Assembly (NCBI GenBank): GCA_951406725.2
Contig: OX597814.1
Location: 37,758,001 to 37,822,000, forward strand
DNA: 64,000 nucleotides
Direction of reading: 5' to 3'
From: Octopus vulgaris
Taxonomy: Eukaryota
Shown here: positions 41,509-55,424 of the stretch, piece by piece
Layout of the letters: each line of letters opens with the position of its first letter
How positions within the stretch are numbered: the stretch's first letter is position 1
The notes under the pieces: generated by a model
Told to the model about the DNA's origin: nothing
Seen by the model: only the letters and a program-made list of their open reading frames with translations
Databases searched by the model: none
Program-made: the position numbers and the translations under genes

Positions 41509-41708
41509 ATATTAGGGAATAAATCCAAACTTACAGGGAAAAATCAGATTTAGGATTGAATCCAATTTTATAGTAAAATATTATATTATATTAAATTAGA
41601 GACAAAACCACTATTAGGCAGATCAAACAATGAAAGACTTAAGCCAATACATATGATTAATTTATATTATTTAAATATGTAACAATTATTAAAAAATATA
41701 ATTAATAT

Positions 41709-41771
41709 CCACTACGATCGTTTCCTGCCTGCTGTCTTTAAATTTTTGAGTCGCAGTCATTCATCAGGTGG
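41709..41771 (-). ncRNA. Type I hammerhead motif
   Basis: ccac CTGATGA atgactgc..gcaggcag GAAAC GATC GTA gtgg. Confidence 0.75.
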
Positions 41772-42165
41772 TTTCAAAATTTTTCTTGGCGAGTTTTAAA
41801 CAATATATATGGGGGCGTGTGTATATACGTATAAACAGACGAGCATATCGACAGATATAGATATAAATGTAGATGTATACACATACACTTATATAAAAAG
41901 CGAACACTCCCTAACTACTCTGCCTCACTATCTGTGCATACTTGTCATTATCGTGCATTCGAATCTAAGGAGGACTCAAAAGACATTTGAAGAGCCACAA
42001 TATCATAACTTAACTGTAGCTTTCGGTGGTTTAAATTAGATTTGCAATTTAATTGGGTGTCTTTTGAAAACATTGTGTCGTTTAAAAATCCACATGAGAC
42101 GCCATGATATATCTAAGGTGTATGTATAAGAAGTGGTTAAACTCTGCTTAAATATTAGAAAAACA

Positions 42166-42213
<48 letters not shown>

Positions 42214-42229
42214 AATCCTTTCCTTACTA

Positions 42230-42402
42230 TTATGGGAAATGGTCGATTGTATTGATCACAGTATTCCAGTGGTACTTAATTTATCGACTGCGAAAAGGGG
42301 AAAGGCAACGTCGACCTCTGATGAATTTGTTATTCAAAGCGTAGCGGTTGGCGGAATACTGCTAAGCATTTCGTCTAGTGTGCTAACGATTTTGCCAGCT
42401 CT
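42230..42402 (-). mobile_element. Diverged SINE (second head type)
   Basis: ggtacttaatttatcgac..aaaggcaacgtcgacct..gctaacgattttgccagct; homologous to 59925-60150. Confidence 0.8.
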
Positions 42403-43033
42403 TCATAATGTCATGATTTAATCAATGCATTATTCAGTAAATTACTTGTTTTATCAATTTAGTTATCACATTTGAGAATATCTTTCATAGAAATTGAATT
42501 TCATTATATGCTATTTAGAACAAGTGAAAGGAAAGCATTTTTGTTTGCTCCTATCTTCAACTTTATTTACCTTGCCAATACGCTGAACGCTTAATCATCT
42601 ACGGATATCCGATAGATGGATTTCTGAAACAGAATTGGCTTTAATATGACCTGGCGGATTCTTAAATCTGTTGTTAGGAAACGCTAAGATTTCGCCCAGA
42701 TGATTTCAAGCGCATGTCGTTATACAATTCAAATATATATCACACTCGGGAACAACAACTGGATTACAATTTTATGGATTCCCATATTTACATAGAAATA
42801 TTATTTTGGCCTTTACAGAGTTATGCCAGAATAGTATACTATACATGCAGAAATTAGATACTTAAATCAAGAAATCCAGACACAGAGTTTATCGCAATTT
42901 ATATAATTAAATTTCTGATCAGTACTGTACATGCATATTATCTGAGCACTGTACATTATTTATGTATCTTAAATTATATTTTCATAATAAATGACGCATC
43001 TATTTCTTCATCTATTTTTACATTACGTATGCG

Positions 43034-43100
43034 TATATTTCTGTATAGAATAACCCGAAAGGAACATGGAAAGGAAATAATCTAGACATCTTCAGAGAAG
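43034..43100 (-). ncRNA. Hammerhead motif ending at its predicted cleavage site
   Basis: CTGAAGA tgtctaga..tctataca GAAA TA TA; no 3' strand of stem I follows. Confidence 0.45.
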
Positions 43101-46003
43101 AAAGAAACTACTATAAAAAACATTTCACATGGTAAGATTTTTACCAAACACTCTATTCTTATCGTATACCATCCGTTGTTCAAATAAAGACATATATTTC
43201 TAATAACATAGAAAAAAAGTATCACCATACGTAGGTTTTAGCATTGTCAATGACTTTATACGCTTCCGGTGTTGTGAAACTGGTACTTTAATTGCTATCT
43301 ACAATTTTATATCATCTCTGATCTGAAACCAATAAAATGAGTGAAATATAATGGCAAAAACATAAGTTTCTAGCTTTTAGAAGCAAAATCATTCTTTGCT
43401 GCAATTCTGAACTGATTTGGTTGCAAATATACTCTGAAATTCGATGACCTACAAATAAAGGACGGAAAAGTACATAACAATTCTGAGAAATCTATATTCC
43501 ACTGAACGTCAAAGATGAGTCAGAATGGTTTTCGTTCTGTTCAGCATGGCCTATACATACTCATTGCAAGGTATGCTGACAGTCAAAATCGTGCATCACC
43601 AAAAGTTAATCCAGTACCACCAGATATTGTTACTTCACGACATGCTGTCGTCACTACAGATTAAATTCACCACTAATCATCAAGAATTCCTATTCTGCCT
43701 CGTAGCAGCGAATGCAAAGATGCTTTGTCGTTAAACAAACCATATTGCAGCCTCCAGATATATTGCCGACAGTAACCTACCTACATCGTGTCTGACCAAG
43801 ACATAATAACAAAGATTTTGGTAGTTTCGAAACAAGTAATATCACATCATCTAAGGGAACCAATAGAGTCCTAACATCTTGAAGGCGTCTTGAATTATGT
43901 CGTTCAAAGTGTCTCACAAAGCATTCCCTTATGATGGGATGCTGGGGGCAGAAGTGAATGCTAGAATCGTAGGCAATGGCACATTTATGCGTTATCTTCA
44001 TCATGAATCTTTGAAAGAGGAGGGATTGGTAAAAAATGAAGCCAAATGTTTGGTAATGAAAGATAGTTTACGATCGTGAATACAATCAGTCGAAATAGTG
44101 TTCCACTAAAGTATCTTTCTAGTAAGGTTCCCGGAAGAATGCGAAGCTCAGAGATTAGGAATTTCTTGTTGGGAGGTCACAGATCCGTTATTGCTGCAAT
44201 GTAGTTATAATGTAATAAGAAAGGATCACTACATATATTCTTCAAGCCGAGGAAAACTGAAGGAAATATGGAGAGTGACAACAGTAGATTTTTTTGCATG
44301 ATATTCGTTATCATTGTTGAATCCAGCAGGACAGTGTAATGGCGGTTACCTCCCGTAGGTCACTATTGAAGAGATACCTGAAGAATCTACAACTGCGTCT
44401 CTCCGCGGAATAGTGGACATCGGTGTTGGATAGAGGATGGATAAATATATACGTTCGATAAAATGATTAAAAGGGAGTAGGATTACTTGTAGAATACATA
44501 TCTACTGATTTACTACAATATGTTACATGAGATTTGCATGAAAAATGATGACTAAAACTGCTGTGTATTGTTGTCCTATGACACGTACAGATACGTATAG
44601 ATACACATGCCTACTTCAACACATATTTTTCATACTTTCATATATACACGCACTTATGTATGTATGTATATATGTATATATGTATGTGTGTATACTCAAC
44701 AATGTCAAAAACATGAGACATGAAGGAAGCATGAATGCATCACGAAGCCGAAAACGTAGCGTTAAAACACAGTGGCCACATTAATAACGAACAAGTATCC
44801 GTGTGAGGAGTGACAAATTTGATTAACGTAACTACCATATCCACGACAAAATGTTCATACGCGAATAACAATCATCACGTCTGGCACTATAATCAAACTG
44901 CAAGTCCGACATTCTTCATTATTAATCGAATTCGGAAGAACAAAGTGCAGCGTCGAACAGTATTTCCCAAATCAGTTATTTCTCTGTTACAGCTGTTAAG
45001 CATTTGAAGTATTCTCGTTGTTTATTGGAAATTACACACCTTATCTGCAAAATTTTAAAACTAACTGTAGTTACTGTCTCTGAAATACCTTTCAGAAAAA
45101 AAGTGTAAATTTATACATAATATGGCAGCTGTCGCTTAAGATAAAGTTTCTATAAATACAAGAAGGAGTTAGTTTATGATGCTCGAATGTCACACTATAT
45201 GAAGTTAAGAATCCTAAAAGTTAGTTTATACTTCCCTGTCTTTAAGTTCGATACATTTATAACACGCACTTATATTTTGTCAGAAAGTGCCATACAGCAG
45301 AAAAATAAATTCAACATCTATGTATATTTATTTGAATATATTTTCTAGTTTTATATCTCTTTACATTCCCTTTTAGTTGCTTCGACGTCACATCCTATTG
45401 TAATCACATTCTGAACTGTTGCTTTGCCTATGAGTTATTAGCTGAAATTTCTCCTCAAGATTATAATTAAGTTAGATCTAAGAAACGAATTACTTCGACA
45501 TACCTACATGCATACATACATACAAACATACATACATACATACATACTTGTATATGTAATAAGTATGTATATGTGGAAAGTGTATGTATGCATTCAAGAA
45601 TGACGTTTCTCCTCAAAATTTATAGCTAATTGCAGAAAACGTTCACCGAAAGACCCTCCAGCTAATGAGAATGTATAAATGTCGATACCAATACTTCGAT
45701 AATCATTTATAAAATTACGCTTTTAGGTAATTTGGGGAAACGAATTGAGCTGTATATTAAGCTCTAATTGCATATATATATACCAACCACGCCTACAAAT
45801 TATCATCAACTAATATTCTTGTTATTGATTCCAGAAAGACAATGATTAATTACCGTATAATATACTTAATTAATATTTCCTCCCCAATAATGCTTATTAG
45901 AATAAAAAACATACATTACACATAATATCATTCCTACGCACATACACACATGTATGTATATATGGGTGTATGTATAATTTTAAGGACCCATATTCGCACG
46001 CAT

Positions 46004-46078
<75 letters not shown>

Positions 46079-46557
46079 TAAAGAGAGAGAGAGAGATTAT
46101 TGCTATGCGTACATAAATATATATATCTTAAATATATTGTACCACGCCTAATATTATCATTGTAACTTAAATTTCGAAAATGTATAGACTTACGCACTTT
46201 TCTGCATGGGCTGTCATGGCTAAATTTTGAAGGATTAACTGTACATAGGTATAGAAGGTTATTTTAGCCACGTTCTTTGAAAGTTGAAATATCTTCCGGC
46301 ACACAATTTCCTTTAAACATTAAACGAAATTTCTTTTATATATTTTGTTATAGTGTGTCAATTTGATTCACAATCTCGGTGTGAGAACTGTAGTATGTGA
46401 GAACACATCGTAAATTATGGCACTTTTAATTTACTCTCAATCACCTATATGTTAAACTTCTAGGGTTGTAATACATGGACAGAAATTCGTGTGTATATGT
46501 GTGATTGTGTGTGCTGTACATGTGTATGTGTGTGTGTGTGTGTGCGCGCATGTGAAG

Positions 46558-46760
46558 ACGGCAAGCTGGCAGAATCGTAAACACGCCGGGTAAAGTGCTT
46601 AGCATTTCGTTGGTCTTTACGTTTTGATGTCAAGTTCCACCGTCGTCGACTTTCGGAATAGATGAAATACGTGCCAGTCGAGCACTGAGGGTTGATGGAG
46701 TCGACTTCTCCCCTTTCCCAAAATTGCTGGCCTTCAGCCAAAATTTGAAACCAATGCACT
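46558..46760 (+). mobile_element. tRNA-derived SINE (second head type)
   Basis: cggcaagctggcagaatcgtaaacacgccgggtaaagtgcttagcatttcg..aaaatttgaaacca. Confidence 0.85.
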
Positions 46761-47034
46761 CGCGGGCGTGTACTGTGAACTGTTTATTGTGATTGAATGT
46801 GCTGAGGCTATTGACTAATAATTCAGCCATCATCAAATTTACAATTTCTCACTTTGCATTCGCCAGATAAATTATTTGACAAGAGCTTGTGTTCCTCACA
46901 GACAGCTTAAACGGATATAGAAGATGACACAACTGTTTGTTTTAAAGGTTTCTACGCGTCCATCTGTTCGGTATGTCATGAGTATCGTTATATTCGTGTG
47001 TATGTATGTGGGTGTCTCTGTTCATATACTCTCT

Positions 47035-47416
47035 CTTGTTTTACTCTTTTACTTGTTTCAGTCATGTGACTGTGGCCATGCTGGAACACCGCCTTTAGTC
47101 AAGCAAATCGACCCCAGGACTTATTCTTTGTAAGCCTAGTACTTATTCTATCGGTCTATTTTGACGAACCGCTAAGTGACGGGGACGTAAACATACCAGC
47201 ATCAGTTCTCAAGCGATGTTGGGAGGACAAACACAGACACACAAATACACATACACATATGTATTTCAGTTTCCGTCTACCAAATCCACTCACAAGGCTT
47301 TGGTCGGCCCAAGGCTATAGAAAAAGGCATTTGCCCAAGGTGCCACGTGGTGGGACTGAACCCGGATCCATGTGGTTGGTAAGCAAGCTACTTACTATAC
47401 AGCCACTCCTACGCCT
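47035..47416 (-). mobile_element. Near full-length tRNA-derived SINE
   Basis: Head GGCGTAGGAGTGGCTGTATAGTAAGTAGCTTGCTTACCAACCACATGGATCCGGGTTCAGTCCC with A and B boxes. Confidence 0.9.
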
Positions 47417-47657
47417 ATATATTCATAATATATCATTGTTATAGTGAATTATCCTTGTGATTTTATAATCTGATGTAGCTTCCGGTTTCCTGAAAAGGAA
47501 ATGTTACACTAAAACAGAGCAGTGACTGCTAAAATTAATTAGTAATACCATTTCTTTACTAATTGTTATCTCTTTAATAAGCAAGTTCATTCGAAGAAGT
47601 TGTGCTCCATTTTTCCGATGATTCCACATCAATCAACATATCTATCTATCTAACTAA

Positions 47658-47807
<150 letters not shown>

Positions 47808-48890
47808 GTATGTCTGTCGGTATTTAGGTCTGTTCATCTATATATTTATCTATCTATATCTATTCATATGTGTGTGTATATTTATACACACATATATGCA
47901 TACATAATTTAAATTTTTTCAGCTTTACTGTTTTCACCTAGGAGTTTTGAACACGCTGGTTGAACGTGTGTATTCAGATCTATTTGTTCCATTTGAGCAT
48001 TAATATGAACAATACTTCTCCTTTTCGCACTCTTTCTACCCCAAGACCCGCACCCTCTCACTCCATTTATCAACCTCCTTCACTCCCACTCACTTACTCT
48101 CTCCACATCTGACCTTCTCTTTCCATCTCTTTCAGTTCATTACTTGTCTATTACTATTATCATTGAAGAAAGATGTATTACAATTTCTTATTTAAATGTG
48201 CGCTAGATTATAATGCTTCGAAATATACTTGCCTTACCTCATTCAAATTAAGTTATCCAAATGCGGCATAATCATATCTGTGTTTATATAGATACATATG
48301 TATAATTTTTTGACGCTATATCTTTGTTTGAAACATATGTTTTCTTGCATCTAACATTGTATATATGAAAATAATAGGAAGTATAGTATATACATAAAAA
48401 TAGATATAACGTATATAACGAAACATATGTTTCTAAATACATTATAATTTTTGTAGAGCCAGGCTGTGTAATTTATAAAGGAAAAACTAAGCAGAAATAT
48501 TTTTTCAAAGTATATTCTTGAGTCATTAACATGCAGAAAATAAATGACATGTCTAGCATATTTCTTTAATGTAACTCATTAATATAAATAAATTACTATT
48601 TACTAACTAACTATAAATATATATAAATTATAATTTGCTCTATATTAAATATAAAATGTTTCTTGTCAATTTAACTAAAACAATTCCATATGCAGCTGAA
48701 GATTGCTCTACATTTTAAAACTGATTTAGTACTTGCATTGTTTAATTAGATGAAGTAGCATGAAACGATGGCACTGCACTACCTTTGGATATCCTTGTTG
48801 CTTATTTTGATTATAATCACCCCATTTGATTTATATGGATAATAACATACCAAATCCTGATGTATTTAACTTAAGTACCATATTCATCAG

Positions 48891-48932
<42 letters not shown>

Positions 48933-48949
48933 CACACACGTATATATAT

Positions 48950-49357
48950 TATCTTTTATTTCTTTATTTCAGCCATTATACTGCCGCCATCCCGGGGTAG
49001 GCCTTCAAGAATTTATAGTCGAATGTAGCGAATACCATTACTTTTCCTTTGATCCTGGTATTTATTTCGTCGAACTATTTTACCGACCCACTATGTTACC
49101 TGGATATAAACACAGCAGTACTAACACTAGTTGTCAATGCTTGGACGTGGAGACAAGTACAAACACATATAATAATATACATATAAATATATACGACGGG
49201 ACTCTTTCAGTTTCCGTCTAACAAATGCATTCAAAAGGCTTTGACCTGGCCGAGTCTAGAGTAGAAGACACCTACCCAAGTTGGCACGCAGTGGGACCGA
49301 GCCCGGAGCCATGTGGTTTGGAAGCAATCTTCTTATTACACAGCCATACCTGTACCT
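48950..49357 (-). mobile_element. Diverged SINE
   Basis: ctttcagtttccgtctaacaaat..gcagtgggaccgagccc..cacagccatacctgtacc. Confidence 0.8.
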
Positions 49358-50227
49358 ATTTAAATGTATTTGGTGTGTGTTTTTTTGCTCCTAGAAATAT
49401 CTGGGCTCAGAATCGTAAATAAATAAATATAAGCACGTATACATTTGAAAGTACGTGTGCAATAAGTAAATGGCAAACCAAATCTTTCTCTTGTGTTTGA
49501 TGTTTTCCATTGGCGTGGGCGACTGGTGTTGTATGTAGCATGCTCTTAGGACTGAGTTCATAAGTTAAAAATCAAATTTCTTCATTTTCTTCGAAGGTAA
49601 TTAATGTGGACTTTATAGCCAAATGCAAATTTAGAATATTTTTCACTGGCATCTCAAAATAGAATTGAAATGTAACATTAGCCGAATGTAATGAAGGCTG
49701 CCTTAAAACTTTTAATTCGTTAAAAGGATTTTAGCGTAAATGAAGAGATTGATTTCAATAACAAACATACCATACATGCACACAGACTCACACACGCACA
49801 CACACAGGGGCAGACGCATACACACTCACACATCATACACACATGTTATATCGGGAAAAAATGTTATGTATAAATATACATTTGTGCTCCTGAAAAGTGA
49901 TCGTATCCATACTGCATACACAGCACTATGTTCAGCAGAGATTCCGATAAAGAAAATTACATTCGCATTGAATTCCAAATACATGCGCTGTATTGTTTTA
50001 GCATTTCTTACATATTCAAACATAGGTGAGAAATATCATTGACATGACTATAGTTAAACTGAAGTTAGCATTGAAGACATCAACCTTGTACATTATATTA
50101 AACGTATACTGAAGATTGACATATATAAGATTAGTATATACATACACACACGCACACACATATATATAGGATAATAAGGTAGTTAGAATGTTGCATGATT
50201 ATATATGAATTACATTTTATTTACATA

Positions 50228-50266
50228 TTTTCAGCGCTTTCATCCGTATTCGGATTTATCAAAAAG
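50228..50266 (-). ncRNA. Degenerate minimal hammerhead
   Basis: ttt TTGATAA atccg aata cggat GAAA GCGC TG aaa: perfect stem II, mutated core. Confidence 0.45.
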
Positions 50267-50491
50267 TTATATTTCTTGGCCTTTTTAAATATGAAACTTT
50301 TGTGGTGTTTGCCAAGCAAGGAGAAGACAGAATAAAAATTATTTTTGAGGAGGAAGGGGAGGTATAGAGACATGGAGTTTGTACTGGTATGGTAAGACTT
50401 GATTGTTTAGTACATGGTGGCTTTTAAGGTGGTGAAGAAAAAAATAACTTTTGTATTTATATTGATCATGTCTTTAATTGAAAATCACAAC

Positions 50492-50527
50492 TGCCTGACG
50501 AACGGGACCGTGAAACTCTAAGTAGTA
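50492..50527 (+). ncRNA. Minimal type I hammerhead motif
   Basis: tgc CTGACGA acgg ga ccgt GAAACT cta AGTA gta. Confidence 0.6.
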
Positions 50528-51004
50528 TATTTTAGTGATGATTTTCAGCTTTAACAATAAATTAGGTATATGTATATAGAAATAATAATATTTTTAAATA
50601 TCTCAACGCGAGATATTCAGTAACAGTGCTCTTTTTAAAACAAGGGTTAGGCAGCTCCCTCTGTAGACGAGCAGTTATTCTGTGCCGAGGAAGAGAAATA
50701 GCAAGGAGACTGCGGTTCACAGATATTGTTTTGTGGTGAGTAGAGATGCGAAACACCCCTGCCCGTACACACATATACATATAATTTTATTACAAATTAC
50801 AACAGACTTCAGTGTGACATATTAATTAGATATTAATTTGAAATGCTGAAATCCATATCAATATATGTGTATGTGCCAAGCGCTCAAAGAAGGAAAGATA
50901 TTTGGATATAGCAACAGCGCACAAGACTATTATCTCATTCCCCCCTCTCTCTGTCTATATATGTGTGTATGTATGTAAGTATTTATCCATCTATCTATCT
51001 ATCA

Positions 51005-51042
51005 AGATGCAGGTGTTGCCGTGTGGTAAGCAGCTCGCTTAC
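51005..51042 (+). mobile_element. 5' piece of a SINE split by the 51043-54006 insertion
   Basis: gatgcaggtgttgccgtgtggtaagcagctcgcttac is a SINE head including the A-box. Confidence 0.75.
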
Positions 51043-54006
51043 GCGCATGCGTTAGTTTGTTTACTACTGCACTGGTGTTGTGAAAACGTTGCTTTGCAAC
51101 GGTCTTGAATTGAAGAACTTTGAAGGCGCAACAATAAGGTAAGACATTTGTTTTTTGGGAGATTCAGTGGGGGTTTGTTGTTTGTTGTCCTTCTTTTTCG
51201 AACAAGAAATCCTTACTGAGTTCCGAGGCCTCTGTCTGACTATAGCTGCGCTGTCTCACTGAATTTTGAGAATTGTGTTCTTTTGGGGGCGTATCCCTCC
51301 TCCAAAAATTGTGAAAATGTTTTATGGAAAAAATTCTTACTTTCTACCAATTTGTGGCGAATATTTTTTGAAGCTGTGCGTCAGTTTAATTTTGGAGTAC
51401 TTTTTGGATTACCTGTTGGCCAAGAGTACGGTTAGCCCGAATTGTGTGTTGCCGTGTTTTGAACTGTCTTCCTTCCTTCTTTCTTTTAGTCTTCTTTGTC
51501 TTTCTGCTCTTCTTTGTCGCCCTTCGAACTGTTTTCTTTTGACTTTGTTTGGACTTTTGTTGCTTTTTCTGAACTTTTTCTTCAAAGAATGGCGAAGAAA
51601 TTGAACACTCCGTTGCAATGGGAAATCATCCCACCCACACAATGGCTAAAAACTTAGAGGAAAGAACGGTGGTGTTAAGGACTTATTATAAGTCACTGGA
51701 CACCATCGTGGCCTTTCCTAAGAGAGAAATAGAAAAAGAGTCGGCAGAATAATTGCCAACTATTAAGTTTATTTCCATGGGTGTTAGATATACAACGGTG
51801 TGGCTGATATTGACACCACTAAGATGGCTCGCAAATTTGCGAGCCAGCTCTTAGAAGGGCAAGAGATTCTGTTTCTTCCCACATATTGTGGGAAGAAATT
51901 AATGAGATCTTGGGTCTGTGGGCTGCCAGCGGGCATTGTACCGGAATGGATAGAAGATACTATCCGCCGGGGTCTGGGTGGGAGCGAGCCCAAGCTTTTA
52001 AATGTGAAATTGTTGCCGGCTGCTGATTAGGTGGGGTAAAAAGCGGTTTTGACACTATAGACCCAATCAGCCGCTAAAGATCTGGTATTTCCAGATCTTC
52101 TGAAAATTTCCGGTTGCAGGTAACCCATGATACTTGAGGGTCTCCCTCCACCAAGTGTCATCTGTGCCTGGAACCAAGCCATATTAAGAGTAACTGTCCC
52201 CAGGACCAAAGTAGGGTCCTGGAGCAGTTAATTAAAGTAGCACCCCATCCTCATTTGGAGGGAGAGATGGATGCAGTCGAGAAGCTGTAGATCTCCTCGA
52301 AGAAAGGGAAAAAAGGAAGAAGGTTGCTCACCGAAGGACCCCAAATCTGCGGAAGGGAGAGAAGATCCCCGGATAAAGCGGAGGAACAACACCCTCCCAT
52401 AGCACAAGGTAGAAAAAAAAAGAAGATGAAGAATGGAGTATTGCCGCCGGTTAGTAGTACACTGCGGCATGACCTGAAATCTCGTCGGTGGGATTTGTGC
52501 TACCGACGGAGAAAACTGAGGCCCCCCTCCCATTATGATAAGGGAGCTTTGGGAAGTAGCTAGAGGGTCGGAGGGAGATGATCCTGTCCTGGACTGAACA
52601 CCCGGATTGGCCCCCGCAGTTACCTGTGGAGTTCATAATGGAGAATGATATTTTCAAAGTGACGGACTCCTTTCCCAAGGACCAATATAGTTTTGCTTTT
52701 TGGAGCCCCGACTTAGAATTGCAGATGTAATGTGTTTTGCTGAGGCTGCGGAGGTGAAGAGAAGTGAAGCGGACCTGGCTAGATTGAAGGAGTAGATTGA
52801 CACAGAAGGTAGCCGGCGATGTGAAGTTGTCGCCGCCTAAAAGAATCATGGAGAACATAGAGAGAAACACATCACCTACAAAGTACGCTCCTTGGAGAAG
52901 AGGGTTGAACAGGTGGAAGGGGCAAAAATAGAAAAGGCATTGAGGCAACAATCAAGCCAAATTATAAGTATAACAAGGTTGTCCAGTTTAGGAATGTGGA
53001 GGAATGAGGAGACTGGTGAGTGTGGCGGCGAGAACGGAGGATGTTATGCTTCTGCCCATGTATCTAGGAAGAAAGACATCCAAGGTGCAGGTGGAAGAAA
53101 TCCCACCCGATATAGAGGAGGCTAGGATGTCGGCAGCCGTCCTCGTTGGAAATGAAGAGAAGGTGGCTGTCCGCCAAGCCATGGAAACGGAGAATGGGGG
53201 ATGGAGAGGATATAACTAGACGCCATTATACAGGCAGAGGAGAGATTTTTGGAGAGTTTGGCGGAGAAAGTGAGGTTAGGAGAGAATTTATAGAGAGTGT
53301 GGGTCGAGCGCAGAATCCACGATGTTTAAACGTCGCCAAAAGGGCCACATTGGAGCACACTGCCCTCTGCAGAGGGAAATAACAGAAGAAGCGGTTGTGG
53401 AGATGGAGGAGGAAAAGGAGAAAAGAACAGACAGACGGAAAGAACGAGGAAGAGTGGATAGTAACAGAGAGTAAAAGGAAGAGGAAGAAAAGGAAGAACA
53501 GTGAGTATGATGTTGTATCCCAGACCAACTACATCCAACACAAGACCACTCAGACCACCACCCCCATACATACCCCAAACCCACCCACCACCTTTCCCCA
53601 CAGGGAAAAAAGAAAGAACACAAACCACAAAATTTTCAAGACCCCTCCCCCGGTGAAAATGGTTGCGTCTACATGGCGGTGAGAGTGTTGTCACTCAGTG
53701 ATGGTAAAAACGGAAAAAGAAGAACTAGGCTAGAGGCTAAAGAGGATTAAAGACTCAGAGGTAGCAAGTGGTGTTACTCTTTGTGGAATGAGTAACACAC
53801 TTTTTCATATTCTCATTTTCAAGATATTCATGTTCTCATAACTTTAATATTTTCCTTTTAATATTTAGATTTTATTTTTTCATATTCATTTTCATGTGTC
53901 ATTCATAATATCATATTTTATTTGTATACATTTTTAATTATTATATGTCCCCACATGTTTTGTAGTGCCCCCTCTATGTATGTCATTATGGTAAAATTTT
54001 GAAATA
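51043..54006 (+). mobile_element. ~2.96-kb non-autonomous element with two tandem decayed ORF1/gag-like frames, no RT, and a 15-bp TSD
   Basis: Frame 1 LFLPTYCGKK..VCGLPAGIVPEWI with intact knuckle CHLCLEPSHIKSNC (52156-52197); frame 2 LLPMYLGRKTSKVQVEEIPPDI with knuckle relic 53323-53363; AATAAA end; TSD 51028-51042 / 54007-54021. Confidence 0.8.
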
Positions 54007-54335
54007 AAGTAGCTTGCTTACCAACCATATAGTTTTGGGTTCCGTTCGACTTCGTGGCACCTTGGGCATGTGTCTTCTACTATAGCCTCAGGCCGACCAA
54101 AGCCTTAAGAGTGGATTTTTGTAGATGGAAACTGAAAGATGACCGTCTCTGTTTGATCACCAACATCACTTCAGAAACGATGTTGGTGTGTTTGCGTCCC
54201 CGTAAGCTAGCGTTTCAGCAAAAGAGAACGATAGAATAAGTACTAGGCGTACAAAGAATAAGTCCTGGGGTCGATGTTCTCGATTAAAAGCAGTGCTCCA
54301 TCATGGTCGCAATCAAATGACTGAAACAAGCTAAA
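54007..54335 (+). mobile_element. Remainder of the split SINE
   Basis: aagtagcttgcttaccaaccatat..gggttccg..aaatgactgaaacaag. Confidence 0.85.
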
Positions 54336-55424
54336 AAATAAACGAAAATATATATACTCGCACAGAAACATATAATGCTTGTGTATATTTCATTAATATC
54401 TATATAGAAATATACTTCATGTACATATATACACACAAACACATAGACACCATGCCCACGCACACACACATACACACATATGCACCACACACACGCACAG
54501 ACGCGGGATTGTATGTTATAAGAAACGGTATTTTAAAGTCAATTTGAGTGAAACAATAAACCACAACCGATCATACGCACAGTAATCAGTTTCAGCATGA
54601 ATCAAAATATTGACCCCGCTCCGTCTGATATCTTCTGAGTTTATTAGTAACATTCAATAATTTTACGTAGACACAGAAGGAAAAAAAATATTGATACTCA
54701 TTTTTCCTCTGGCTAGTCTCATTAGTTTTTCTTTCTTCTCCGCCGACATTATAATCGATGTTCATAAGAAATTCATTTACTCTATTTGTTACATGTTTAC
54801 AGTAACGCTTCCAGCAATCTGCTAGTTATTGTTCAGTGACACATATAATGTCTACTGCAGAGTTCAACATCATAGATTTACGATTTTTGTCTATTTTGTA
54901 ACAGGCTGTTTGATTACTCGACGCATTGCTGATGTCTAATGTAAGCAAATTATATAGACCTTTACCAATGTTTAGATTATATTCTTTCACAATCACCACA
55001 CATATTTATACACACCAAGCATACTAACACCTAGCAAAAAAAACAAAAGCATACTTCTTCCCCGATATAAATAATATCACCTAGACATACGTACACTAGC
55101 TGCTTAAGGCAGAAATATCCTCATGCATAGTCACTCGTATGTATATACATAAACACACATATACATATATCCATACATGCACACATGCATACATAATAGA
55201 TACACACACACATGTATACATATATTTATATGCGTGTATATGCAGTTGAAATTTACAGAAAGACAAAAGACGAAGACAGACGTATAAAGAAAAAGCAGGT
55301 GCATTAATTTGACGTTCTGTAGGTGTGAAAATATTTTACGTTTCCAGCTTGCGCTCTTTAACAGAAAAGAAACACGAGGAAATAAATAGTGAGGGAATAA
55401 AAAGAACTTTAGCGGTCAATCATG

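Noticed and set aside
47340-47416. tRNA gene
   Set aside because: A/B boxes belong to a SINE head that continues into SINE body; no acceptor stem closure.
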